Positions 50,264 to 63,667 are shown, counted from the whole stretch's first letter. The stretch: DNA of 63,726 nucleotides, filler included, from Choristocarpus tenellus KU-1152 (GCA_964200185.2; 10 parts of 10 records of this genome joined end to end with filler, not necessarily neighbours in it); one strand, 5' to 3'. Notes: generated from the sequence alone by a model not told the origin. Program-made: numbers and translations.

Positions 50264-53200
50264 CTTGCAATGAGGGAGTAGCACTTCTTCCAGTCATGCT
50301 GGGCGTGGAAGTGCTCAATGAGTGTTGCAAAGCAGTCACCTGCCCTAACCGCAGTCTCGAGGTCGGTCTGCTCAAGCAGCTGCTGGCACAGCCTAACCAT
50401 TGTTGGGGGATCATCCTTTGCCGACCGGCAGGCCTGCACAAAGCTGCTTTGTGATTGGTTGAACAATAGAATGGGTTGAATAATAGGGTGTAATTGGTTG
50501 AACAATAGAAGCAGTGGAAACAATAATCTAATTGTGAATCTGATTGTTGCGCTGTGCTAGTACTGAGGGGTATGGAGAGGACAGGGTTGTCCACCAAAAA
50601 TAAGATGACACACTACAAGGTGACACACTCAAAGTGAAAGAGGCAGGTAAAGTAGACAGGATGGACAAGGTGTGGTGCATGCTGATACACAGCGTGTATT
50701 TGCTTGGGGAGGGAGCAGACTTTGCCTGGGAGGTCTCCATGAAACCTCACTTTTGCAGGTTAAGAGTATCTACTTGTCTACTTGTGACAATAGCAATCCT
50801 ACAACATGCTGTTGTTTTGTTTTGTTGCTGTTGAAGTGATGGTACCAACCAGGATGTAGGTTGTTTTGTAACCTATTCAGAAGAAATTGCGAGATAGCTC
50901 ACTTAGACTGGAACTTATTCAGAATTTTATTTGTGGCATCCCAAACTCAATTGGATTGGAACAGGTGTTGGTAAGGAGCTCTTGTGCACCTCTTCCTTCC
51001 ACTCTGCCTATTAATAGCTCAGTGTTCCCACGCAGACTTCTGGTCCATGTAGTGATTTGTTCGAGTGTGCTGGTGGGTAGACCAATGATAAAAGATTTGT
51101 TGTCAATTTTTTTTTTTTTAATTTTTTTTTGGAAAACAACTTTATGGTTACAGTTACAGTTAGTGTTAGGGTTTGGAGGATATCTTGCTCTGTGAAAATA
51201 TTGGAATATGCTTGTTGATGATGTCTTGTGTGTTCATAATTTTTTTTCCCTCTGAGGTACACTAAGGTACCTGCTGAAAGCCCGTTGAAGAGGACCACTC
51301 TTAAGGACCAACTCATAGATTCATTTTTCAGAACACACTACCGTGTTGTAGAATTCAGGTGGATTAACCTTTTTCAGGCAACTACATTTCTAGCGCAAGC
51401 TCTGCATTTCTTCTGCCTGCTTGGGGTTAGGGTTATGTACAGCAAAGGGAATGAATGCATTTGTAGGCATTACTCAACTATTGTATACACTATACTTTAC
51501 ACTGTATACACTATACTCTACACTGTATACACTTTGCCACAGGTACCACAATACACACTGTACAATGAACTGTATCATTACACTACAAGTAGCACGTGTA
51601 TCCTACCTCTCCTACCTCTCTACCATGTGCGTTCTCTTCTGGAGTTTAGATAAGCGGTCGGGTGATGAACCAGCCGTTACCATGTGCTTAGCTGCCTCTT
51701 TGAGGGCATCAAGAGCCTTTTCATAGTCTCGATACTCATCAATTTCAACCTTGATCCAATGTTGGTGCAGGGGGGCGGGCGGGGGCGGGCAGGGCTGAGG
51801 TGTAACTGTATCTTCATAATCTGAGTGTGGAATGAATGGGTGCAACTGTATCTTGATCAAAATTTAACGATTTTTGATCAAATGAAGACGGGAGGGGTTC
51901 ATTGCTGTCTTTTTTTTTCTTATTTCAGGATATGTATCGTGTTTCTTATTTAGTGTTCTTATTCTGTTTCAATTTGAAGGAGCAGGTGCAGACACTTAAT
52001 AAAGTCCTTGTGTAGCGTGTACAATCACGACACCTTAAAACTATTATTATTATTATTATATTTATTGTTTTTATTATCTTCTCTTTATCAGCATCTTAAC
52101 AACACAACATATGTCTGGCAAGGATACGACCTGTGCGCCCAGCTACCTCAAGGGACTGGCAGAAAAATACCCTGCACAAGAATGCTCTTGCTAAATAGTT
52201 ACACTACTTGGTTTGGTTTGGTTGTAATCAATGTGGGAAATATCACACGTGGTATAGGGTTAGGGATGCATGTGCGTGACAGATACATGCACTGGCAAGG
52301 TAGAAGCAACAATGTGTTGCATGGGTGTACAGGCAGAAGGTTGGGTAGTAATAGAAGTTGAGAATACCTTGGAGAGAGCACTTTAAATATAGTTGCCACA
52401 CTGTATCAAAAGAGTTAGGGTTAGGGTGTATTCATTCGACAAGGATGCATTCAAGAAGGGTCCCCCTCCCAACGTCCTTGCATTATTTTTCTATCCGTAA
52501 TTTTTTTTTGGCTGTGCTGTATCTAACAAAAAAAACAAAACATGTATGTTAAAAAACAAAACACGACGGGATGTGCGTTCCGTTCAATCAAGGAATAGAT
52601 TACATGTAGATAGAGATAGGTTTAGATAGGCGCACTACTGAATCACACAAACACCGATTGTTGTCCTCAGCACGTGTCTTGAATTACAACATCACTGCAC
52701 CCCCCATAATGGTCTGTAATGGTCTGTAATGGGGGTGCACAGCTTCTTCTGGTTGGTCCAGTATGGTCTTGGTGTCCTGGAAGAGACACTACGACAATTG
52801 CAGGTGGAGCATAGAAACTTCAAGCAGATCATCTACCTAACCTAAAATAAAAAAATTACGTACAGAAAGGAAAAAAAAAAGGTACGAAAGTTTGAATCAA
52901 GGAGAAACTCTTCTTCCTACCTGAGCACATGCATCGAAGAACTCTGAGAGGTGGATGAACGCCTTTGCCTTGGTGTAGAAAGAGATGATCGCCTTCATCA
53001 CCTTCAGAGATGGAAAGAAAGAAAAAAGATCATCACCATGGTATGGTCACCATGGACACTGGTTATGATATTTTTTATTATTTTCTGAGAATCGGGGGCA
53101 TCCCTTCGATAGAGAGCCCCTCGGAAAGGTGTTCCTATGTATTTTTTTTTTCAAGAACACAACATTGGGTATTATTGCTAGAGATAATCTAACCCTAACC

Positions 53201-53577
53201 CTAACCCTAAGGAGAGTTTGACATTGTCGGGAACATGAGACAGCTACCCATACACTACACAGCAACAATCAAAAGACTTCTCAATCAATTTATTTCCACA
53301 ATAATAAAAAAAAGATCGACTCAGTGCCACAATAGTGTAAAAACCTAGTTCGCAGCTATAGTTGCGAGGGTTGTTCCCACCATTCCCACCATTCCAAGGG
53401 ATATAGACGTTCTTTGTGTGGCCAAACCTGGGGGTCATCATGCCAGGCCAGGTTTTGGAGGTAGTTAGCAGCCAGGATGTAAATGTCTCGGGACCTACTA
53501 ACCCCTGCATAGTAGGTGATGCTCTTAGTGTCCCCACTTTTGAGCAGACACTTCATAGCTTTTAGACGGTCCCCAGC
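50264..53577 (-). CDS. IFT140: Intraflagellar transport protein 140, internal C-terminal-region exons (53577-53428, 53001-52921, 51749-51616, 50443-50264)
   Basis: [43 protein letters not shown]; [36 protein letters not shown]; [14 protein letters not shown]; exons join in phase. Confidence 0.95.
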
Positions 53578-54212
53578 CTTGTCACGATATGTGTCAGGTC
53601 AGGTCAAGGGCAACGGTAGGGCAGACAAGAAAAGGGCTAAGGGCTTGAGCTGATCAAAGCCCTCTCAAGCGATGCATGGTGTTTTGAGCAGGAAGGCGTT
53701 TGTGTGAATACAGTAGGTTGTTACCATAAAACGTGTTCATGTATGTGTAACGAGTACATTTCGGTAAAAAAAAATATATATATATATTTTATTTGGTGGA
53801 GGATCCAGATACCACAACTGAAAGCAATGGCATTCTTGCGGTGTTTTTTTGGAATGAGGGTTAGGGTTATCATGGGTCGCAGGAGGGGTTCGAGCAATCA
53901 AACATCTTGTGTGGGAAGGATGGTGGGAAAGAAGAGTTGCCTGCGATGGGGACTAAATTGACCACCCATACCTCAAAATGAGATACATACTGGGAAAGAG
54001 AGAGGGAGAGGAAGGGGGGGGGGGGGGGGGGGGGGGCTAACGTGAGGAGGGGCAGGTCACCTCCTCCCCCCCCGGGTGGGAAAATGCACCACAAAAAAAA
54101 GGGGGGGGGGGGNNNNNNNNNNNNNNNNNNNNNNNNNNNNNNNNNNNNNNNNNNNNTTAATTAATTAANNNNNNNNNNNNNNNNNNNNNNNNNNNNNNNN
54201 NNNNNNNNNNNN

Positions 54213-55758
54213 CTGTCAGGTCCTATTATACCTGCACCGGGTCTCCCCGGTTGGCCCCTAACATACATATGAACATCGCCAACTTCACCTCCCCCTTTTG
54301 TATAACTATTTTCGATGCCTCCATTGTTGCCGTTCTCATTGCTCCCCCTATCCTACCTGAGTGTAGGGTGTACTCCTTCGGTCTCAACTTGAGCTCCCTT
54401 ACTATCCGCCTCAGGACACATGTTGCCTGGTCTCTCGTGATCACCTTCCACTTCTCCCCCACCGGAACTCGGACCACTGTTCCCAAGTTGCCTCCTAACA
54501 CTTCTGCGGTGCAATCGATCCTCTGGTGTACAAAGCTGTAAGGCACTCGAACACATCATCTCCCCTTCCCGACACAGGGACTGCTCCTACCCTTGGACAT
54601 GTGGACAAGAGTGTTGGAGGTTAGATTGAATCTTATCCCTATCTGATCTAGATATTCCGTCTGCCAGATCATTCTCCTTTCCAGGAACACGTTCTCCTAC
54701 AAATGACCATTCCCCTGCTACCTCTAACACTCCCATTACCCTCATCCAACCCTCCTACCCTCCTATCCTTTGCCCCCCCCACACTTTCGGAACCAATGCA
54801 CGGCTGATTTATTGTCCCCTCTTAGCAAGTAACACCGGATCTCTTCCTTCCTTGCCCTACCTCATTTCTCTGTCAGCGCCCACTTTACTTCCCCCTTCCT
54901 CCAGTACAAGTTTTCTCTGAATTCCCTGACTAATCCTAACCCTGTCTATTTCTTGCCCATACTCCTGCACTCTATTGTCTCTGACCCCTAGTTTGAGCTG
55001 TCCTACCAGCCAGCCCCCATCCTGAAGTAGCCCCAACCGACACACCAACCGCCGAAGGAAAATCGGCCCGGTCGTATAACTGATTACATATGGAAAATAT
55101 TTCCTACCGGTGCCCACACATCCCATAACCGTGCTACTGACCTAGACTCTGACCACTCCTCTAGCAGTCCCTTCAATCTTGGTAATTTACCTTCTGGCAA
55201 CCCAATCGTCATAGCCTCCTTTTCAATCTTGCACCTGACTACTACGTTTGTGGTACGCCACCCTGTAAGCTTTTTTTGATTTCAAAAGGGCGTTTCCCCT
55301 CCTTTCCTAACGTCTAGCAATCGTATATGGTCAGACGCTAACGAAATTTGTTGCCAATTGTAATCTCTTCTCATCTTCAACCCGATTGATTTTCTATAAT
55401 AATACTGTCATCCACGCACATTCTAGCAAGAAACGGGTCATCTACCCCTCCCCCAACAGCCTCTGGAACCTTCCATGTCTTATCGAACTTGCATAACCCT
55501 CTTTTTTCTTTCTGTGAGGATTGTCCCACACCTCCAGTAATTCTTCTGACTTCAGGGGTTACAACAGCAAAGAGGGGTTTGTTTTGCAATGAGAAAATCC
55601 TAGGGCACTTGTCATTAGGCCCCACAATCCTGGACTACTTCTCCATCCAAACAGAAACCTAAGATCTATCACCAAAAACTCGCTAACAGAATATCCGAAC
55701 CTAGCCCCCCCCTTTGGATCAATTGGTACTTGGGAAAAGGCATCCTTAAAACCCATCT
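54213..55758 (-). mobile_element. Degenerate tyrosine-recombinase (DIRS/Ngaro-type) retrotransposon fragment
   Basis: RT: FKDAFSQVPIDP...RFLFGWRSSPGLW and (Y>C)VDDSII. RNase H-like: GDNKSAVHW. YR: EYTLHSGRIGGA. All are broken by frameshifts or stops. Confidence 0.85.
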
Positions 55759-55860
55759 GAGAAAAAATATCTGGGAGGGGTGGCGGTTGTCCATTTGGGC
55801 CCGTTTGCCATGTCGCGATTTTTGGGAGATTTGGTTGCGTGCGTTGGATTGATAATGTAG
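55759..55860 (-). mobile_element. Poly-G MITE type A half-copy abutting the DIRS RT
   Basis: AAAATATCTGGGAGGGGTGGCGGTTGTCCATTTGGG...GATAATGTA. Confidence 0.75.
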
Positions 55861-57101
55861 TTTATTGAACCGTGCGTGTCTACCTTTGTATCCTTGCGCT
55901 CAAGAAGTATGGAAAAACACACTGTGATTGATTTGTGTTATTGTTTATTTTTAGTTGATAAAGTGAATAAATCTTTTCATTGATTGAAGTATGGTGACGT
56001 ATTGTATCGAAACGACCTTTTCATACACGTATACCGAATTTTGATACTGAGTGGCGAGTATGATATACAGGGGGGGTTGGGGTAAACGAGAGGTACCCTT
56101 GAGCTGAAAAGGTATGGTAGTAAGCTTGTCTCAAACTTCCGTGTGTTTTTTTGGAACATCTACATTATAATCATGGAAGCGTCTTCGAAATATTAAAAAA
56201 AGGTGGAAATCTACCCTCCTACGTCGAAACTGGCAGTTGGCGCTAAGACTAGGATGTGTGTGTGATTGACGCCGGGTATATATAGAATGGTTTGATACAC
56301 AAAACTGCCAAAGACAGGTTACCCTGTGATAACCTTGGTGCTTTACGCAAATAAAGCGAGTAGATCCGAAGAATTCTGATATACCCGCACAAGATTATTT
56401 AATGAGTACGAAACCCTATATGATACACTGGATAGTGTAATGGGTGATTGAGCTCCCTTTGCAGTGGAGGAAATTTTTTTATTGAGGTGAACAAAGTGTT
56501 CTCCCCTGGTCTAGGATATTTATATTTGCCTGTATCTGTGTGCTGCGATTGCGCTCTGACCATGTCTAAATACAAGTGTGAACCCAAGTATTGAATCAGA
56601 TATGGTGTTTTCCAGGCATTGACGTCTAGACCAAGCCACCCGTTGACAACAAGGACACCGTTTTTGTCAATTATGTGCCGGCGGACGCATGTGCGAAGAA
56701 AGTCCACAATTTTAACTCCAGTGTCGACATGGCGTATCTAATAAGCAGAACATGATTGAGTTATGGCTACCAAAACCAGAGACACAAATCGAAGCAAAAG
56801 GAAAGGCGCTGAACGTAAGGTTCGGACCCCCAATTTTACATATTACAACAGTTCTGTAAAACGATCAGTGCAATGGTGGAATGATTGTTCAGTAAAATAG
56901 GGTCTAGGAGCAGCACTTGCAGCACTCGCTACAAGGGTGTGATACTACGCATGTTTGTAGGGGTGTTGTAATCGCGGTTGAGAGAGAGCTGGAAGGGGAA
57001 GAGTAGTGGATGTGGTACTCAGGTTGAAAAACACTAAAGAAGCGTTCATAAACTAAAATCCAATTGTTGGAGGAAATTTAAGTTCATGTGAATGGGTTGA
57101 A

Positions 57102-57879
57102 ATGTTCAACAGAGCATACCCCTCTTCTTCGGGAATAGGTGGACAGGTCTCGTCTTTGCAAGATGGTGAAGTCCAGACGGAAAACCGAACGAGCACACAA
57201 GGGGATGGGGCTAGAGAGGAGGTAGAGGCACTCGACGATGGTCGCAGGAATAGGGGGTCGCCCCAACATGGCTACAACGAGGAGGAGACAGGAGAGGCGG
57301 TGATAGGAGGTGTTGCCGGGATTCGACGGTCAGCCTCCTCCATCGGTAACCCCAACCCACGACCATCCCAACAACCACGTCAGCTCACACCGGAACACTG
57401 TGCGATCTGTTTTTCCCAGGTTCAACAGCCAGTACTCCCTTTCTCCTGCACACACTCACTCGATCTGGACTGTGCCTCGGCTCTATACCTTCGTGTCAGG
57501 CCCCTGCAATTCCATCCTGTGCCCAACCTGCCGCACCCCTGGCAGGCCAGAACACTACTACGCTGCATGGAGAGGAGTGTGGGAACCGAAGTTGTGTTGG
57601 AATCCATCCACTCACGATCGTCCTCCACCCCTTTGCCATCCTACCATTCTGCCTATTTTCAATCCCACATCCCCACCCCCCAGCCCCTCCCCCTTCTTTT
57701 CCTCCCTGCCCTAGCTGTCTAGAGTCTCTCCCTCCAGACCATCAAGGCACCCTCCCTTGTGGGTGCTTGGTCCACCTCAACCGCATGGTTAGCCTCTGCG
57801 AAGATGCCAACCACTCTCTCACATGACCCTACTCTGGAACACACCTACCAATCCCCATGCTTTTCAATCGCACCTACAC
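57102..57879 (+). pseudogene. Intronless, frameshifted ORF with two degenerate RING fingers
   Basis: CAICFSQVQQPVLPFSCTHSLDLDC/(shift)...CPTCRTP, and CPSCLESLPPDHQGTLPCGCLVHLNR...T*PYS in a third frame. Confidence 0.6.
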
Positions 57880-58137
57880 GAGTGAAAGTATCTTAGAGGG
57901 TACGAGTTTTGCCCTGTTTGTCCATTTGGGACTTGGCTTCCCACAGGTGTTTTATGACATTTTCCTACTCCGATATATTTCAGAGTAGGTAAAATTTATA
58001 CATTATGAAAAGGTGTGTCCGGAACAAGGATATTGACACTTCCTCAAAAACACGATAGTTAAAATTACATAAAAATCGGAACATTGGATTTTGACCCCCA
58101 AATGGACGCGACTCTACCCTCTAAGATACTTTGGCTC
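57880..58137. mobile_element. 258-bp MITE type B with 23-bp TIRs
   Basis: GAGTGAAAGTATCTTAGAGGGTA ... TACCCTCTAAGATACTTTGGCTC (2 mismatches), flanked by CAC on both sides. Confidence 0.85.
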
Positions 58138-58521
58138 CACCATCCTTACCAGCCAAAGACACCCACCTGGTGGGATCATAACCAGTCTGAATAATGCCAC
58201 TGCAGCCCAAATCCACCTCTTTCACCTTGCAATACCCCGGGCTGAAACTCACACCCTACCCACCCCACTCAACAAGTTGGAGCATCCCCTCCCCCCACAG
58301 ACCAACCCACCTCACCCCCTTCTCCACTCCAACCCCTCTTACCCCCCCTTCCACCCCAGTCACCACNNNNNNNNNNNNNNNNNNNNNNNNNNNNNNNNNN
58401 NNNNNNNNNNTTAATTAATTAANNNNNNNNNNNNNNNNNNNNNNNNNNNNNNNNNNNNNNNNNNNNCCCCCCCTTCCCCATTGTGTCCATGGCGCCTTTG
58501 TTCCCCTCTATATGAACTCAG

Positions 58522-58641
58522 GTCGAGACAACTTCCTAGTGGGGATTGGGCTCAAGAAGGTATTACCGGTGTGTTCAATCGGTCTACTGGTATCACCTAT
58601 TCCGCTTACAGGAACATCTTCCCTATTTGGGCACTGGGGAG
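58522..58641 (+). CDS. C-terminal exon of an oxidosqualene cyclase (cycloartenol/lanosterol synthase family); may read on to the stop at 58666
   Basis: [39 protein letters not shown] is the last QW motif and the conserved C-terminus of OSCs. Confidence 0.93.
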
Positions 58642-61600
58642 GTGGGTAGACCTGATAAATAAATAAATAAACTTTTTTTTTGCTGCAATGTGCAAACTGA
58701 AAGATTAACTTGAATAGGTAGTTTCGTGGATGCTTTTTTTTTTTTCTTGTCCCAATGACATTTGGTGCATGTAGTCATGGAGGGGAGATCGAAACATCAC
58801 AAAACAACACAATATGCAAGAGAGTGAACACAAAGGACATGACAAAAGACCCTGTGCATCACTTACAGCAAACGCCTTCGAATGCACCAACACAGTAGTT
58901 GTATTCTGTTTGTGAATGAAAACGTGAGACTGGATGCTCGCCGGACCATGTTGGGCCCTCCACAATCCGTCTTTGCATTAAAAAAAACAACTTATTGAAG
59001 CGCATACTTCCAATTGCAATGCTTGAATGACCCTCTGCTATATTTTTAGTGTCAGGTGTTGTTAGGCAGTTTGGTAGCGTATTCTCTCGAAAAATGAACA
59101 AATACAATATTATAATTATTGTTCTTGCTATTGAAGTTGTTATTTTTCGAAAACAGTTCTATTTGAAATGGGGGCAGTGGGTGGAGGGAAGGGATAGAGT
59201 TGGATGACATGTTGGAATTATGGTTGTTTAAATTTGAAGCGGTTTGTGTGTTTCCGAGAGTAGTTGTTTTTTGAGCTCGATTTTCAGTGTTGCGTTTTCA
59301 CTTTTTTTGGTACCAGGTTAAATTTTTATTTATCTTTTCATCGGTGCATGGGTGACATCAAATATAAACGGAAGCGGATTTTTGTAACCGTTAACCTAAT
59401 ATTTAATATGATACGCCCCAATTGACGACAATACTTTATTTAGCCCCCTTTTCCCCACCATGCCATGCCAACTCTGCACATACCATGATCCCCTCCTGTG
59501 TGTCTCAGATATGGTCAGACAGTGGAAAAGAAGTTTGGCAAAATCAGCACATGAATCAAGTCCCAGAGATAAGAACTGTAAGCCTGAGGAACTCAAGACT
59601 TTGTTTCCTCTGTGGTGAATTGAATCCATGAATGAATAAGTTTCTCTTCCATTTAAATACACGAGGACTGAAGGGTGCGGAAAGGACCTCCTCAGGATGT
59701 AGGATACGTGATGATCAAATTGGAAGCTGTTGAAGAAACTCTTGGGCAACGGGGTGGCAATCAGGTGGTTTTGGGAGTTACACCTGTCTTCTAGAAGATT
59801 TTGTTCGTCTGGAGTAGGAGGTTCAAATACGTGGGTAGGTACCAGCCGCAGTTTTTGTGAACATGGTGAAAGTAGTGAGTTATTCGTGGTTGTTGACTAG
59901 GTACGAGAGAGACGGGTAGCTTTCATCCACAACACCATGCAACATTTGTACCCTATGGAGAGGAGCCTGTGTGGATTAACCCACAACAGTTCAGTGCATA
60001 TGATGTGACGCAGTTGACAGTGTGTTATCTGTCCATTTTTTTGCATGAACAATCAGTTGTAACATAGTAGATTCTTAATGTTGATCGTGCACAGTACCTT
60101 TTAGTCGACAAACTCAAAGTTTGGCTCTAGTCGAATAGTCGAAAGGGTGGTGGTAGATTCTATTGTCTATTGTAAGACAATGGTATAGTGCTGGGGGGTT
60201 CCTCTTCTGTGGTTGTTTGGAAGGTGGTTGATCTGTGAATTGCAAATAAATGTGTTGCTCATAAGAAAACACCGCATGTGAGGGATGCTGCTCAGTTGCT
60301 GGGTATGGTTTCTTTTGTCCACCCTTGTGTTGGGCTCTTCTCATAACCTGTCTGGTTTCTCCTTTTGTTGTGACTCTTCTTGAAATAATTGTCCTGCAAG
60401 TAAGTTTTCTATTCATTTACTAGTTATTACTCTTTGGTTTGTTGAATGAATTGTGAACATGATAATATGTCTACAGTAGTATTATAGTTTCCAGTTTTTA
60501 AAAAAGTAATCAAAAGGGAGCTCGAACAAGTGAACAAAGTGTCTACAGAGAGAGGGAGTACTTGCTGTTTTTCTTGACGATATCACAATAGGATCTCATT
60601 CTAATTTCTGGATTCTGGATTGATGACAGACTGTGCCCTTTTTTTGGATGTGGCACACTAGAGCTTCAGGGAAGTACAGTGCTTTTGACTGGAATATTAC
60701 TGACGATGGCACTTCAATGGTGTAGGTACTACCTACTGTGTTCTTGACCTCATGTAACGTGTCTCATGTGTTGGCCTTGAAAAGCTTACAGAGATATATT
60801 TTCCATTTGTAGGGTCCAGATCGCCCTCTTCTTTAAGTGATGTATTAAGGAATGCATAGGAGGATCATCATGTATGTGGCAAAACAGGTGGGGTCGGTTT
60901 TGGAGATACCATTGTGGTCTTGCGCTGAGACAGAATGTGGACAATTAGGGGAACATGACAATTCGTGTAGGGAGTCATGGCAGAATATTAAGTCCTGGTA
61001 CACGCTCAAGCTTGGGACCGATCGTGACCCAAGCACAAAAGGCAGGTTGGCAGTGTTGTTCCTTGCTAGTACTACTGCTAGGTTTTTCTTCTCACTCATT
61101 TTTCCAAGGCTCCTACTGATGAGGAGGCAGATCGTGCATGCATGTAGGGGCATGATTGAGTTCATGTGAGTGTAGTCTGGTAACACAAATACAATATAGA
61201 TAATGAAACTCGGCAGATCGTATATCTTTTGGGGTTGGTCATCTCTCTCCTATCATGTTCATCCTGGCGCAGAGAGTGGGCAGCAATCATAGTGTATGAA
61301 CTGACCGCAATGGGAGTAGCTGTACATCTGTAGTAGCAGTAATGTATGTGGTGTGCCCTCTCACTATGTATACTTACTTGATGCCTATTGTATGGAGTTA
61401 TGTATTAAATGGATTGGGCACACCTGGGCATGCAACGATATTTCTATAACATTATTGGTACGTGAAGGATTTATCGCTTTCTTCACTTTATTCTTCACAC
61501 TTTGTTCTTCACACTTTGTTCACTTTGTTGATGAATAGAAACCTTTTTTATGGTCACTCACTAGCACCAGAAATGGGATACACACATGACATGTTGAACT

Positions 61601-61674
61601 CATTTTGAGGTGGTACTGTCGTGAGATGGGACCTGTCCACCACAATACAACTAAACACGATTTTAGTGAGGTTT

Positions 61675-61853
61675 GACCCACAGTATCTGGGGGGGGGGGG
61701 GGTCTACACGAGGGTGTCCATTTGGGTCATAACCAGGAAAAGTTCGCTTTCATTATCCATCCAACGTATGGAATCAAATCACCCAAAAGTCGCGACATGA
61801 AAAAATTGGCCCCAAATAGACAACCGCCACCCCCCTCCCCAATACCTTTAGCC
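61675..61853 (+). mobile_element. Near-complete 179-bp poly-G MITE type A
   Basis: GTTT|GACCCACAGTATCTGGGG...CCCCAATACCTTTAGCC|TTTT. Confidence 0.85.
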
Positions 61854-63069
61854 TTTTGAAGTTCAATTAATTGAAATAATAGTGAGAAATTATTTAATAT
61901 TTGGCAAAGAAAGGTGGAGAACGCAAAGTGAGCTGGACTGTGAATGTTTCTCATGAAGGCATGGAGAGTGAAGGAGCTATGTCAAGGTATCACCACTATA
62001 GCTGGGATCGGCATGACTGCCGAATCTCAGAAGACTTCCTCAAAGTATGTGTGGAGAATGTATGTGTGCGTACTATGTATGCATACAAGTCTCAAAACAT
62101 AAAAAAATAGTATAATCACATAGGTACTGATAGCAGTTCTGGAGAGTAGATCTGTTGCATATATTATGCCATACCCTCCAGAGTATATCCTGTGTCTGAA
62201 ACCCTCTATATCCTCGGACATATTATTTGAAGGCTGACAATGATATGAACGTAATGTTCACCTCTACTACTCCACATGTTGGGTCTATGACCTTTTGTTG
62301 GGATGCGATGGTCAAGGATTAAAAAAAAATTGTTCGGCAGGCAGATCACTGACTAAATCCAGCCTGTAAAATGTCCAATTTCCACCGATTAAGGTATAGA
62401 AAGGTGACAGAAGGGTGTCGCATTTTTATATTTTCCGCTAATGTCATAGCACGTAGTCAGTTCCGATATATATTGTCAGCTACCATACTACTGCCTAAAC
62501 ATCCTCCCTACAGGAAATGTTTGGACCACTGCTTGCGGCCAATTACTTGACTAGTAAAACGGTCAGGAAACAAAGTGTGTTGTTGTGTATCCTACGAAAC
62601 ATTTCATGTGTCAGCATTAGTGTCTTTGCCATTTGATCAATCTTCTATTGCTGAAGTCATTTGTTTACATTTTGACACCTTCCCTACGTCTGCTTCTTAC
62701 AGTCAGGAAGGGGTTGGGATCCCATTGTGTGTTGTTGTTCGAATCCAAGTGTGTGCACCACCACGCGTTATTTTTACTATTATATATAACTGCTGCTCCA
62801 AAGTACATAATAGTATAGTGACATCTACATGTTGCTGCTCACAAGTTTACTTGCTCATAAGTCGACTCAACCAGAGCGGTAAAACAGCTAGAAACCGGAT
62901 TTGGATCCTGGTAGCGGTTTCGTCAGCACCAGTGTGTGCAACCTCCTGTTTTTTTGCATCTTGAGATCATTTTACTTCTAAAATGGACAGAAGAAAAGGG
63001 GTTTGTATCCTATTAAGCACTGTATCTACCTTAAAGTCTGAAACGCTTCAGCAAACATTCTATCAACAG

Positions 63070-63182
63070 TGGCTAGGAAAGGGGAGGGATATGAGGCTGG
63101 AGTTATGGTCAAGCTTTACAAGGCCACAGAGTTGGATGCCGAAGTAATTGAACATGGTAATGCCTCTACACGTACTGCAAAG
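63070..63182 (+). CDS. Possible isolated internal exon, unknown product (ARKGEGYEAGVMVKLYKATELDAEVIEHGNASTRTAK)
   Basis: Bounded by caacag| and |gtaaag, coding-like composition; no recognisable homology. Confidence 0.3.
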
Positions 63183-63667
63183 GTAAAGCAAGGTGAAACT
63201 ACAGTCAAGGTGGCAAGAGGTGAAGCAGGGACCCCTAGTAACAACACCCACCTTCCTCAAAATATCCGAGAAATATACTATTATATGATTATTATGATTA
63301 TTATTATGATTGTAATTACCATCAATATTATTAATAATAATATTATCATAAATATTATTATTTATTTATTTTGCATGACTACGTTTATCATCATCATCAT
63401 CGTGATCATAATCATCATTGTCATAATCACATTGATGTTCCTCCAGAAGTGTGGCTGGAAAAAAAATCTGAAGATGGCAGTTGAGAAAATACAACGACCA
63501 TAAAAAAACAAATAGTGGAAGAAGTTAAAGAGAAGAAATGAAAGGAAAGGAAAGGAAGAATATAACTCATTGGAGAAAATCATCATCACCCAAAAACATA
63601 CGGAAGGAGAAGAACGATTAGGAACGAAGGAACAGGTGATAATGGAAACAGAATAAAACAGACAGCT

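Noticed and set aside
48634-53577. KIF6 next to IFT140 as a 'flagellar gene cluster'
   Set aside because: The genes are on different contigs separated by an artificial spacer, so adjacency carries no information.
56399-56707. 102-aa minus-strand ORF with coding-like composition
   Set aside because: No recognisable motif or splice context, so I cannot support a call.
16024-58466. Regularly recurring TTAATTAATTAA palindrome that looks like a repeat array or recombination site
   Set aside because: Always centred in exactly 100 nt of N padding with six-frame stops. It is an assembly concatenation linker, not biology.
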